62,777 nt of DNA from positions 1 to 62,777 of the forward strand of contig MQRK01230168.1 in the NCBI GenBank assembly GCA_001938485.1, written 5' to 3'. The notes below the pieces were generated by a model. The model saw only the letters and a program-made list of their open reading frames with translations, made no database searches and was not told the DNA's origin. Numbering within the stretch: the first letter of the stretch is position 1; every line of letters begins with the position of its first letter. The stretch is from Girardia tigrina (lineage: Eukaryota). Both the position numbers and the translations under genes were made by a program. This document shows positions 24,141-37,145 of this stretch, in pieces.

Positions 24141-26058
24141 TAATGGTTTCTTTACACTTTCAAAAATACTACAAAATTGTAATTATGTAAATAGTAAATA
24201 ATTATAACTTATTTATTTCTTTCCGATAAATAATTAAATCATAAAATAAAATCCTAAATACATTTCAATGTATTTTAATAAGGAAATTAATTGTTTTAAT
24301 ATGTTAATAAAATATTTTATTCACAGTCATTTTTCCAAAAAACTGCTTTATATCGAATTGCAGTTAAATAAATAAATTCTTACATTAAATTAAGTTTTGT
24401 TTAAATTAATTCAAAAAACATAATGTTTTATCCTATTTTTAAATGAAATGTGATTAACATTTTATATATAAACACCAAAAATTTTTTCTACTAAAAATAA
24501 AAACGGCTTAATATTAATTTTATTTTAAGAAACTTTTATCTAGTAAGTGTAATCAAGCTTTTTGACTTTGAAATTTACTTTTAAGTCTTGTAAAATGATA
24601 TTTCAATGAAGATGAGACTAAGAGGTTCTGCGCCATTCATATTTGTTGTTCTGCCTGACCATCAGGTTGCCCCAAGAATCGGACGGAGGTTGTTTCATCG
24701 CGCAGCGGTCGATGTTCCTCGCTGTCAGAGTGTTGTCCCCATTTTAATTCGCAAATTGTCGGAGACATTATAATTAATATTACGATATGTTTCTTTTTCC
24801 CGTCTACACAAAAATTCAATTTCGAGAAATATTTTTTATTCTCGTTCAAAAAATATAAGAAAATGATGAATTCATTCGCACACTTTTTGATCAAGAAATG
24901 TCGATAAACAAAACAGATAATTCGTATAAATTTCTATAAGTCAAATTAGTTGTTCATACCAATTCGATAAGCAAAAAAGATAATAGTTCATCCTAGATCG
25001 ATCAAAAAATAATTGTTCATATAATTTCGACAATCAAAGAAAACTAGATAATAGCTCAAAATCTTGATCGATTAAAAAAATTAGATATTTATTTTTTGTG
25101 AATCGTTTATTCACAATTCAATTGATCGATGATTTTGCCTTCGTATGCAGCTAATCAACATCGTACAAACTGCAATCTGCACACATCGACACTCTGTTAG
25201 ATGCACACACTCATCGATACAAACAAAGAGTTACATGAGTATTTTTTACATTAATTATTGTTAAAACTGAATTAAGTTTTTTGAATTCGAAATTCTTTTT
25301 TTTAAATATTTTTTTCATCATTTCCTTTTTTATTTAATTATTTAATAATTTTCTTCTTTTATCATATCAACTATTAACATTTATATATACAAAACGAAAC
25401 AAGGCGAGAAAATCTATTCAAGATTGTCATTCATGGATTCAATCTTGACTTTGAAACTAATTTCAACCTTTAACTTTTCAATAAAGGAGAGTGACAAATG
25501 ATATAAATAACAATAATTTTGAATCTCGAACAGTCTTAATTATACAAATATTACAAAAAAAGAATTAAAATATCTTATTATTAACATATTATAATATTGG
25601 TACTTACTTATTAACCCCACCGCAGCAAAAATACTATTTTTGCGTCAATCTACACCTAAACTTTTTGCGGTAAATCATCGAATAGAAAACTTTTTTAAAT
25701 CACAAAATTGTATGACAGTGACTGATTGTGTGTGTGTCACTTTGTGTTGTTTTTAATCAGAACAATCAAATTTTCGTACGTGTGTGCATTGCAGAGTAAG
25801 CTTAAATTTTTAGGAAATTATTAGAAAAAAACACGAAGAGAATTTATAAAAGTTTGAGAAAAGCGGATTTTTAGTGCATTTCCTCATGAAAAACATGATT
25901 GTTGTATTCGGTTTGTTCCCATATATGTTTATAATATCACTTTAGGGCTACCAGACGCGTTCAAGACCTCATAAACTATATATTTTTAAATTAATCTGAT
26001 TAATCCTGATATGGACCGATATAATAACCCTAGGTTACTATTAGTCAGTCAAGCTTAC

Positions 26059-26071
26059 CCAGGATCAAATG
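26059..26071 (-). CDS. Tentative 13-nt micro-exon of the FAM227-like gene (TFDPG)
   Basis: TTTTAAG acceptor, GG|GTAAGC donor; phase 1->2 fits the chain; too short to be secure. Confidence 0.3.
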
Positions 26072-26148
26072 CTTAAAATTTGAATTAAAGCTTATGTGAT
26101 TGAGAGTTTCATGTTAAAGTTTATTTTGAGTAATAAAGCCATTATATA

Positions 26149-27313
26149 TTAGGTTGTTCGATATGAAACGGGTCAAAATTAAAGTAAAATGTAAATCGAT
26201 TTTTTTTAAATAATAACATTTTATTTTTAATCAAAATATCCCCCATGTTGTCAACACANNNNNNNNNNNNNNNNNNNNNNNNNNNNNNNNNNNNNNNNNN
26301 NNNNNNNNNNNNNNNNNNNNNNNNNNNNNNNNNNNNNNNNNNNNNNNNNNNNNNNNNNNNNNNNNNNNNNNNNNNNNNNNNNNNNNNNNNNNNNNNNNNN
26401 NNNNNNNNNNNNNNNNNNNNNNNNNNNNNNNNNNNNNNNNNNNNNNNNNNNNNNNNNNNNNNNNNNNNNNNNNNNNNNNNNNNNNNNNNNNNNNNNNNNN
26501 NNNNNNNNNNNNNNNNNNNNNNNNNNNNNNNNNNNNNNNNNNNNNNNNNNNNNNNNNNNNNNNNNNNNNNNNNNNNNNNNNNNNNNNNNNNNNNNNNNNN
26601 NNNNNNNNNNNNNNNNNNNNNNNNNNNNNNNNNNNNNNNNNNNNNNNNNNNNNNNNNNNNNNNNNNNNNNNNNNNNNNNNNNNNNNNNNNNNNNNNNNNN
26701 NNNNNNNNNNNNNNNNNNNNNNNNNNNNNNNNNNNNNNNNNNNNNNNNNNNNNNNNNNNNNNNNNNNNNNNNNNNNNNNNNNNNNNNNNNNNNNNNNNNN
26801 NNNNNNNNNNNNNNNNNNNNNNNNNNNNNNNNNNNNNNNNNNNNNNNNNNNNNNNNNNNNNNNNNNNNNNNNNNNNNNNNNNNNNNNNNNNNNNNNNNNN
26901 NNNNNNNNNNNNNNNNNNNNNNNNNNNNNNNNNNNNNNNNNNNNNNNNNNNNNNNNNNNNNNNNNNNNNNNNNNNNNNNNNNNNNNNNNNNNNNNNNNNN
27001 NNNNNNNNNNNNNNNNNNNNNNNNNNNNNNNNNNNNNNNNNNNNTATTTCCAACTGCCTGACGTGTTGTGGCTCCACGGTGGAACTCATATTTCATTAAA
27101 ATTCTGATTTCACTGATTTCCATTGCGCTGTTTGATTGTTTGTTGACAAGAAACTATTCAATTTATTTGAAATTAAATAATTGATTTTTAAAGAGGAATA
27201 ATATATCTGTCAAGAAATACCTTATTTATTTTCATACGATAGTTCAAAGTTAAGTTATACGCGATTGAAATGTAAGGTGTGAAGTTTGACCCGTTTCATA
27301 TCGAACAACCTAA
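26149..27313 (-). mobile_element. mariner transposon (Dtmar1-like); interior is an assembly gap
   Basis: Perfect TIRs TTAGGTTGTTCGATATGAAACGGGTCAAA; TA flanks; N-terminus MEISEIRILMKYEFHRGATTRQAVGN; C-terminal remnant CVDNMGD. Confidence 0.93.
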
Positions 27314-28071
27314 TAGTTAAAGATCATTTAATATGCTTCATGGTCATTTTGGACCATAGTCGATATCTCAAAGTCAAAGTTTGTTTTCAGGCTTTTAAAT
27401 ATTCAAAGAAAATATAATTATTTATAAAATGCTGATTGTAATAACCTGATACTTTCATAACATTGAACACTATTTAAAAGGTAAATATCAGCCTAACGTA
27501 CTATTCATTTTATAATATGTTATTCACCGTATAAAACTAATCTATAAAAGAAAAAAATGCGCTATATGTCACTCACTGCTGGTAGAATTGATCTATATGT
27601 TTTAATTTTTATTCTAAAGAAATGAATTTCCAAGAAGTAATTATAATAAAACAAATATAAATAAAATATGTAATTATCAGTGCCCCTGAAATGTATTAAG
27701 GTTTTATGAAATAAATCGTTCCAATGTTTTGTTTGTATATTTTTGTATATATGCTGTTGGGAATGTTATTCTAGTTTATTATAATTTATTATTATTATTT
27801 ATATTTTATAAATTCCTGATCTTCATTGCCCCAAGGACAATCTAGGATCAAATATCAGAAAAAAACTTGGAATAGTTATTATTTTGAATATTTTATGAAT
27901 GACAATTGCTGAATTTTTCGCTTCGCTTCATTATATGTAAATATATAATCAATAACAATATTAAAAAATTAAAACAGAATTAAAATTAAAATTTGAAGAA
28001 AAATAATTTTAAAAATATCAAATTTGAATAAATAAATGTAAAATTAATAATTATGATTAAAATCCAGTCCG

Positions 28072-28610
28072 TGTTTAAGAAAATTAAGACTATTATCATT
28101 AGAATATTTATTATTACCACATTTAGAGTCATCACAACTCTCGAAAGATCGTTCACCGTTTGACATCGTTGGTATTTTATTTCTATTTTTAATCATGATT
28201 ATTCGAATAATTTTTCTAAATCTTTTATAAATATTTAATTTCAAAAAATATTTATTCAAATGAATAATTTTAACCATTTCTTTATAAAAACTCAAAATAA
28301 TAAAAATGTTAACAAATAGTGAAAAATGAATTTCAATTTCAATTTTATTAGTTTTATTTATATCTGATAAAATGCTTTTTTAAAAAAAAGAAATATTAAT
28401 CTTGATTTTAATTGTTAATTTTCACAATTTAAACTTATCAAATTATTATCATTAAGTTGGCATTATTTTAATTATGTTTGAAAGGTCAATCACTGTAAAT
28501 ACGAAAAGTACTAATTTCAATCTCTGTGGGAGAATCACCATTCTAAGTTTAACATACTCAAATCAACACACAGCGTTCAAACATTCATATAATTTAAAAT
28601 ATTCCTCACA
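28072..28610 (-). mobile_element. Solo LTR of the TGTGAGGAATA lineage
   Basis: TGTGAGGAATATT...TTCTTAAACA on -; TSD GTCCG/GTCTG. Confidence 0.8.
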
Positions 28611-29235
28611 GTCTGAATTTGAGGACTGCCCGAGGAGCCGATTCATTATTCAATTCTATTTTGATTAGAGTTAGTGCATTTCGTTTGTGTATGTTTGATA
28701 AATTTTTACTCTCGCTTGAACTGAATTGTTCGAGAGAGAGAGTTGTAAAGTTTCAGAGTTCTGATCACCCAATGAGGATGTTTGTCGTTTACTAATCTCA
28801 TTGTAACATCTCCTGATATTTTTTTTATGTTTATCTCTTTTTGTGCATTATTTTATTATGTGTATGATGTATTGGCAATTTCATGTATTTTTTTATGTGA
28901 ATGATCCCGAAGTGACGTTTCAATGTCAGATAAAAGAGTTTCAAATGACTGAACACTTCTTTTACTAAGCAGGATTCTAACAAAACTCTTTGGTACTTCT
29001 GGACCACTTTTAACAACTGTTATTACTTTAGATTTAAATTTAATTAATTTCGGAAAAGCATGAGATGCAAATTGGCCGACACCATTTCTGTTAATGTATC
29101 TTTGGCCGGTTGGACAAAAATTGTTGGACCGTCATAATAATAATCTAGTTGAATTATAATAATTCCCAATGGGAATATTATAATTCAAATACAAAATTAA
29201 ATTAAAAAAAAATCAATAACAAAATAAATTATTAC

Positions 29236-29256
29236 TTGTTAATCGAAGAAGACGTT
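29236..29256 (-). CDS. Tentative 21-nt micro-exon (ERLLRLT)
   Basis: TTTTATTTTCAATTAG acceptor, GTAATA donor; phase 1-1. Confidence 0.3.
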
Positions 29257-30138
29257 CTAATTGAAAATAAAAAGGAAAAAGGAAAGTGAATTATTGTCTG
29301 CAACTTTACAACTGTAATTGTCATTCAATTTCTCTATTATTATTGGTGATCTGATTCCAACCTAGTGATATTTTACCGAACATTTTATTTGTTGATTGAG
29401 GAACTCGTGATATATTACCGAACATTATATTTGTGAGTGATTTTACTTTAATTAAAAATTGTTGATCTCGACACGATTAATTAATTTGTTCATTTGTTGT
29501 AATTATTATTGTTTAAAGAGACTAAACAGATTAATCTATCACCACACTGTTGGATTAACCTGTTTAAATTTAATTTAATATAATAAAAAATAAAGTACTC
29601 ATTCCTAGTTTGATTGAGGGACGAATACTGCATTTTTTATAAAAATGATCATTTTTGAAATCATTTTTTTTGGTTTACGTTTTTTCATGCTGGGTTTTGT
29701 GTTTGCTATATGATCTCTAAATTTTGTGAATTTAAAGGGAAGGAAATTATTATCGAACATTTGAATTTTGATTTTTTGAACTTTATTTTTCAATTATCAG
29801 TAGAAGAAATTTTATTTTTTGAGTATCGAATCGACGATTTAACCTCTTTTTACGATTTATCGATTATTGGAATTTGTTTTATTATATTATGCTCGACATT
29901 AATTATATTTTGTAAAAGAATACTTCTTTATTGATCAACTGATAATTATAAAAAAGGATGAACCAAACAAAAATCAATAATAATACAAATACAAATTTAA
30001 AAAGGACTTAGTACAAACTTCCCGAGCTCCGATGCGTCTCTGCTACCACTCTGCGTCTTCAAGCAACCTGGAGATCGGATGGAACATATCTTTTAATATT
30101 ATTTTATTATCATTATTATGAATATAATATAATATTAC

Positions 30139-30163
30139 CGTTATGTGAGGAAGAGGAAGAGAA
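30139..30163 (-). CDS. Tentative 25-nt micro-exon (FSSSSSHN)
   Basis: TTAG acceptor, CG|GTAATA donor; phase 0->1. Confidence 0.25.
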
Positions 30164-30918
30164 CTAATTGTTTCAATGTGTAACACAAGCACTTTGCTTT
30201 CTTGCAATTTATTAGTTAGTGATCAGTTAACTTGCCAAATTATTATTAATATTTACTTCAATTAATATTTATTATTCTCCAAATAAAAGATTAATGATCT
30301 CGTTTATAGTTTCAATGATAAAAGACATCATAAAGAATCTCACAAATGTTTATTTTTAATGATTAAAAGCCTGCAAAAATATTGTTTTCAACTTTTCTTA
30401 ATTTTCTAAAAAATCAAATTTATATTTATGTTATGTTTACAAATTAAAATTTTTGAATCTTTTTTCTGTCATCAACATTTTATCAGAAAAAAAGATGGAA
30501 TTGAATAATTTCGTTTTTTTTAATATTTGATTTCACTTAAATCATTAAACATTCAAAAGTCAAATAAATCAACAAAAAATGTTTTTATAAAAAATAATTT
30601 CATAAATCGGTTTTGGAAAAATAATTTATTTCTTATTTTAATATTTTATTAATAAAAAAATAAAATTCGACAAACAAGAAATTTATTTTAATAAATAATT
30701 TAGTTAATTTAAAAAATTAATTGCACACTTCATTTCCTTTACAATATTTAAACTTTAGTTACATTTTTTTAGTTTTGGATTCTTAAATTTATGGTCGGAG
30801 GATAAAAGATTTCAACAAACGAAATATTAGTTAAGGAGGATTCAATATTCAAAAAGTTCCTATAATATATAGGACAATCATAAATAAAGGAAGCATTAAA
30901 AGGACACCGCCATTTTGA

Positions 30919-31134
30919 TGGATTTTCACGAATATAACCCGCGGGTCATCTGTGATTTTATCAACGACGCACGCCACGGTCAGGGTATAAAAGAGGGTAG
31001 GGTCTACTGAAAAATATTTTTCATGAGAAAAACTAACATTTTTGGATGATAACCAACGGGTAATATGTGATTTAACTTACTTCAAAGGCATTTTTCGAGG
31101 AAAAAAATGTGCGGGTTATATGCGTGAAAATACA
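30919..31134. mobile_element. Tc2/pogo-type MITE
   Basis: Inverted repeat ATTTTCACG(A/C)ATATAACCCGC at 30922-30942 and 31111-31131. Confidence 0.6.
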
Positions 31135-31575
31135 GTTCTTTAGATGCTATCTTTGTCTTGAAAATCTGATAAAATATTTTTTAAAAATATATTTCAAAGA
31201 ATTGAATTTTAACATTACAAATATTTGTACGCAACTCTTTTTAAAAATTCTTATACGTCTTTCTGTATTTTTTAAATCATTGATGACTTTCAAAATTGAT
31301 TCATCAGCTAATCAATACTTCTTCCATTTTAAAATTATTGATCTTGTAAAAGCAAGTTTTCAGGTAAAGTTTAATCTGTGGTCCGAAAGTTCACTTTTAT
31401 TACAACATTATAATTTAGGTTCATAAAATAAAAGTTATTTAAAATAATAACAAAGATTAGAAAGGACTGAAAAAGTTTTACAATATCACAATTACAACGT
31501 GAAAAGTGTAGAGGAAAAGAACAACAAATTAAAAGAATTAAGTTACTTTAAATATGATTTTTATCTAAAAAGTAC

Positions 31576-31718
31576 CGGATAATTAAATGTATTATTGAAT
31601 GAGAAGATTGATTTTCTTCGACTAAGGTTGATGTTTGAGATTTGTTTATGAAGTAGATTAAATTTAAATGATTTCGGAGTTTGAGCAAGTTCATATTTCT
31701 CTTTAAGAGTTTTTGAGT
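31576..31718 (-). CDS. Tentative 5' exon of the FAM227-like gene (SKTLKEKYELAQTPK...FNNTFNYP)
   Basis: 47 open codons between AG and CG|GTAC; phase 1->0; weak acceptor tract. Confidence 0.38.
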
Positions 31719-31855
31719 CTAGGTAGGGCTAGGACTGTATCTCAAAATGTATCTCATATTCGGACTCAGAACACCAAAATGAGTCTAAATCGACCGAGAA
31801 ACCCCTGACAATTTCTTGACTGTTAGCCAGTGTATTATATATATATATATATTAT

Positions 31856-32423
31856 TATTAAGAACATTAATTTAGTTTCCTTTACATTTATTATTATCAC
31901 AATTTGAATTGTCACTACAACAATTCTCCGTAAAACTTGCGTAGCTCGTCATCGTTCTTGATTGATAATCTTAATAATATTATTTAACATCTTATTATTC
32001 AAACAAATTTAAAATAATATTTAATCATTACAAAAATAATTTATACTTTAAATTATAATTTAATTATTACAAAATTATTTATAATTGAAATTTAAAATAA
32101 TTTTTATTTATTTTAAAAAATTATTATTAAAATATTATTTATGAAATATTAGTTTAATTTTAAAGTGATTATTTAACTTTTAATAATTGNNNNNNNNNNN
32201 NNNNNNNNNNNNNNNNNNNNNNNNNNNNNNNNNNNNNNNTTATTAAAATATTATTTATGAAATATTAGTTTAATTTTAAAGTGATTATTTAACTTTTAAT
32301 AATTGATTAAACAACTCGACGTTTTAAAATATTTAAGATATCAATCTTCCATCTTGGTCGGAGAAACACAATCCTAAAACAACATACCAAACAACACACA
32401 ATAGACATCATTCAAAAATATTC

Positions 32424-32429
<6 letters not shown>
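31856..32429 (-). mobile_element. Solo LTR, close relative of 60283-60742, between (TA)n tracts
   Basis: Reverse complement is colinear with 60283-60742; contains a gap-flanking duplication. Confidence 0.88.
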
Positions 32430-32479
<50 letters not shown>

Positions 32480-33495
32480 AGTGACTAGTCACTACAGATT
32501 TCCCGAGTAAGTTTTTCATGAAAATGAACAAGTGATTTTTCAATGTTAAGCAGTTCGTTTAAAAACTTCCAAAAAGGCAGCTTTGGGAAAGGTAATGATT
32601 CTACAGATTTGTTGTTCCTAGTTCTAAAATAGTAAGACTGTTGGGAATAGGCTGTGGGGAATGAAGACTGGTGGCGTTTTTTATCACATTAAATTGCTCT
32701 TAAATAGTAATAATCCAAATAGTATCAAAGTAGAATAAACCCTTCACTTGTTAACTATGGTTACAAATGTTGAATTATCTTTAGAGTGCATATATAGGAA
32801 CAAAATCAATAACAGCTTTCATGTGCAGTTCACTCCAAAAAATATAACCTTGGTCGATTGAGGTAACACTATATGGTATGATAAATCTTGCTTTACTTGT
32901 TTTAAATGTCATGGACGTGTTTTGGACTGGTATTAAAAGCATGAGCGATATAGAAATAGCTGTCTAGTACCTACAGTCAAATGTGATGGCGTTTCTTTGA
33001 TGGTATGGATAAGCTATGCTTTATATACTCTGTACCAATTGCGTTTCATCCAATAATTGTACTGAGATAATAGAGAAAGGTTTCCTTCTATATTACCCGA
33101 CTGCTAAAGTGGGGAAGAACTGGTTTCTCGCGCAAGGAATGTAAGTCTTCGACTGGATTTCACAAAGCCCTGATTTAAATATTAAAGAAAAGTTTAAGGA
33201 TGAGTTAAAAAAAAACGAATCCATCAACGTCATCCTCTGTCGTCTTTTTTTTCTGTCCTAGCAGAATACCTTCATGAAGAGTGACAGAATATTCCTTTTA
33301 ATTTCCTAGGAAGTCTCATTAAATCGATGGTAGGTAGATTGAAAGAGACGATACTGCAAAGAACACTATACAAAGTATTAATATTAATTTATACTATAAA
33401 TTCTTTTCTTTGTAAATATATCAATCTTTTAACAATTCTAGTAATGACATATATTTTAAACGAGTACACAGGTAGTAGCTGTATTTTGGTGGAGC

Positions 33496-33500
<5 letters not shown>
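32480..33500 (+). mobile_element. Highly decayed Tc1-like element flanked by (TA)n microsatellites
   Basis: Remnants W.SQSPDLNI.E and LIKSMVGRL; (TA)n at ~32428-32472 and ~33502-33538. Confidence 0.6.
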
Positions 33501-33543
<43 letters not shown>

Positions 33544-33790
33544 GTATGTAAAATGTAATATATATTACAAATTATTTAAAAGATATGATATTATTAGTAG
33601 TTGAATTTATTAATTTTAAAAATTAAATATCAGTTCACACACAATAAATGTAATTTGAATATTATTAAAATTAAAAATTAATAAATAAATAAAATTTATT
33701 TCTACGGTAAAACAACAAAAGCAAACCAAAATATCTTTATCAGACTGATTGAAATATATTTTACAATGACATTTATTTGATTCATTATAC

Positions 33791-33803
33791 TTATTTTGTT
33801 CAT
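33791..33803 (-). CDS. Tentative start exon of the FAM227-like gene (MNKI)
   Basis: TTTTTTCCAG|GAA ATG...A|GTATAA; phase 1 fits the exon at 31718. Confidence 0.22.
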
Positions 33804-34172
33804 TTCCTGGAAAAAAGTATGTGAATTCTCATAGATATAACAAGAGAACTTTGTGACTTTTCCCAAATCATTTGCGATAATCTCTGTTTTAAGTACGCTT
33901 CAATTAGAGCAAGAAAAATATGCGTTTTAAATGTCTTTTAAAATGAGTTCTATGATAAATAAAGGAAGTGAAAAATATTATTTACACAGACGATTTTATT
34001 TTTATTTATTTATTAGATCTCACTGTCTATATTCGTTTTACACATCGATACTTTAATAAGTAATAAGATAATTTATTATTAATTTCTTAAAATATTAAAA
34101 CAAATTTTTTTCACAAAGTATTCAATAAATAAATTTATTAATAAAAGAAACAAATTTACTTTTCATTAAACA

Positions 34173-35393
34173 TTAGGTCATTTCATGTTGAATGTCGGAA
34201 TTTTGTTACTGGCTGTAACTAACTGCAGATCACCTAATTTTAGAAGCACATTTATGTGCTTTACACGTTTTTGTTAATTTAGCATCTCTTCTTACATTTT
34301 TTACAAGAGCCATAAAATTATCTCAAGCAATACGGAAATGGTAGCGAAAATTGTGGATGAAGGGCATTTGAGACATTGCATGTTCTATGAATATCGATAA
34401 AGAAAAAATGCGTCGAAATCAGTAAGAAAAATCAATAAGATTTATCCTGGAGCGTTGGATGAGAGGAAGTGCCATAGATGGTTCTAAAAATTTAGAAGGG
34501 GTATTTTAGCTTAAGAAATGGATCCGGGCCAGCCGTTGATCAGCTGTGGATGATGAAACTCTTCACATTGTAGTCGTATAAGTTCCGAAACAGACGTTAG
34601 ATTAGATAGCGGATAAAACAGGGATAGACGGCGTGACAGTTTCCCACCATATTAAAGCAATGAACAAAGTCACTAGAGCTGGTATGTGGATACCACACCA
34701 AGTGACTACACAACATAAAGTTTCCAGACAGAGCAATGACCTGTTTCTTGAAAGAATAGTCTCTAAAGACAAAATGTGGGTGATGTATGATAATTCTAAA
34801 AGACGTAGGGAACGGTTATCACCTGGTCAAGCTTCATCGTCAACTCTAAAATCCAACATTCATGGTCAAACGGTTCTGTTATGCGTGTAGAGGGGAACAA
34901 ATTGAATTATTCCCTTTGAACTGCTGAAACCTGGTAAAAATGTTACATTGGATGTTTATTGTACTCAATTAGCACGCTTGAAAGAACAAATCTCTAGTAA
35001 ACGTGTGGCAAAAACAAATAAGAAAAGTGAAGTTTTGCAGCACGACAATGCAAGGCCGCAGGTTGCAAAGAAAGTTCGCAGAAAAATCCAGGAAAATAGG
35101 TATGAAATTCTATCCCGCCCAACCTATAATCTGGACATTGCACCATCTGATTTTTATTTATTCAGATCCATTCAAAATTATCTAAGTGGAAAAACATTTT
35201 GTTCATTGGATTGTGTAAAAACAGTATACAAGATTTTTTGATTCTAAAGATCAGAATTTTTAAGCAAGGCATAATAAATCTCCTTTCTAAGTGGGAAGAT
35301 GTGATAAAAAATGATGGAGAATATGCTATTGATTGAATGTGCTTCATCTTCGTGGAATATTTATTCTGATGCTGTAATAAAATCCGACATTCA
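34173..35393 (+). mobile_element. Decayed mariner transposon
   Basis: HLRHCMFYEY, WIPHQV, LQHDNARPQ, PTYNLDIAPSDFYLFRSI; TIR remnants TGAATGTCGGA / TCCGACATTCA. Confidence 0.9.
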
Positions 35394-35469
35394 TAGAAGC
35401 GTACTTAAAATAGAGATGAAAATTTCCCGAAATGATAAAATCTTTTTCATCCTCTTATTGTATTTTTTG

Positions 35470-36050
35470 GGAGAAGCTGAAACAAGTTAAGAGTTTCAAA
35501 TATTTAGGCTCTACTATCACTGAGAACGGGGGAAGCGAAGAAGAAATCAGAAATTGGATTGATATTGCAACAAGCGCAATGATCAAGCTTAGCACAGTTT
35601 CTAACGTCAAGGAAATCAACCTCAAGAGCAGAATAAAGATCAAATAAGCTATGGAAAAGGCAACCCTCCTCTATCGATGCGAGAGTTGGACAATAAATCA
35701 GAAGAGCATGGATAGAATTAAAGCATTTAAAATGAAGTTCTACTGGAGAATTTTGAAGATCACAATACTAGGTAAAAGACCGAAATCAAAAAGAAAAGAT
35801 CACCATGAGAAGAAAGTTGATAGTCTACGGATATCAGATAAGAAAATAAGCACTAGCAAAAATTATGATTGGAGGAAGAGTGGAAGGAGAAAGAACAAGA
35901 GGATGACCAAAGAAAAATTGACAGATGATTTAAAAAAAATGAAATGGACTGAGCATGGAAGGTCTAAGAAGAGAGGCTACAAAAAAGAGATGTGGCGAAG
36001 GCTTGTGCATAATTATGTGCATCAACAGCCCAACGACTAAGGTTCAAAAT
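35470..36050 (+). mobile_element. 5'-truncated RTE-clade LINE remnant
   Basis: LKQVKSFKYLGSTITENG..EEI, TLLYRCESWT, WRRLV. Confidence 0.85.
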
Positions 36051-36388
36051 AATAAAGATTGTATCTTTAGAGCTGTAAGGCGCAGCGTAAAATCTGATCA
36101 TAGGACAACCGCTTGAAATGTATATATCCCTCTAACGATTTATAATTTATTTTGAGTAGAGATAACGAAAAATGTGTTTCTGAAATCACACAATATTTTT
36201 TAATATGTCAATATATATAAAGTAAGCATTTTTTAAATTAAAATTTCTTTCTTAAATCTATGGTTAACTAAATCATGGATATATGAAATATTTTTAGAAT
36301 ATATAAAGAAATAATTAATTAATTATATTTTTTTATTGTTACACTAGTTTTAGAAGGATATTTAATTGATTAAAAGTGTCTCTTTCAG

Positions 36389-36563
36389 ATCGATACGTGA
36401 TAAATATGAAAGGCTATACAAAATAGGAGAAGGAGCATATGGAACAGTATATAAATGCCGCTTAAAGGACACAGGCGAATTAGTTGCCATCAAAAGATTC
36501 AGCGAGCCAGATACAATAACCAGTATACATAACATGGCCATTCGAGAAATTAGAATGCTGAGG
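36389..36563 (+). CDS. CDKL1: Cyclin-dependent kinase-like kinase, exon with subdomains I-III
   Basis: TTTCAG acceptor; KYERLYKIGEGAYGTVYKCR..TGELVAIKRF...AIREIRMLR; GT donor, phase 0. Confidence 0.9.
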
Positions 36564-36818
36564 GTAATAATTTTTATCTTTTGTGTTCTATTTTCCATTA
36601 TCAAGATAATTAAATTTTTATTCCATTATATCGTAATAAAAACAGTGTTTTTATTATTAAAATGAAACGTTTACTAACATTCAATTCCCTAAAAGTAACA
36701 TTATTTATATTTTATATTTAGTGAGTAAAACAAGAGAAAATAAATAAAATTAAAATAGTAAATTAACTATCTAACACTTTCATAACAAAAGAATACAAAC
36801 AAAATATATTTAACCCAA

Positions 36819-37145
36819 TGTAGTCCAGGTCACGGTCGCATTTAACCGTTTCCCAGACTCTTTAATTGTGAGGAGCCATTTGCTCTGGCCGCCTCTCTTG
36901 TCAACCGGAATCGTTGAACCGTCGTGCTCCACGTCATCATCGTCCTCTCGGAGAGTGACGGGGTCATCAATCATCTACACTCTCGGCACGTCGGGATTTC
37001 CACAAACTCAATCCTTGGGCATGGCCGCAGGTGAACGGCGTGGAGAGTAACTATGACCTTCCAATAAATCTATCACAATCATTGTTTCGACTGTGACAAT
37101 TGAAATGTTCGAAAAAGACGGAAACGATGAAAAGTCGCTGTAACA
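36819..37145 (+). mobile_element. GC-rich solo LTR in a kinase intron
   Basis: TGTA...AACA termini; TSD CCCAA/CCGAA; AATAAA at ~37063. Confidence 0.65.

Noticed and set aside
24880-25090. Degenerate ~30-bp TCGA-containing tandem repeats (similar at 29700-29950 and 62200-62650)
   Set aside because: No unique spacers, so not CRISPR-like; probably subterminal repeats of DNA transposons
32115-32305. Direct duplications flanking gaps (also 42468-42576)
   Set aside because: Unmerged contig overlaps rather than biological repeats
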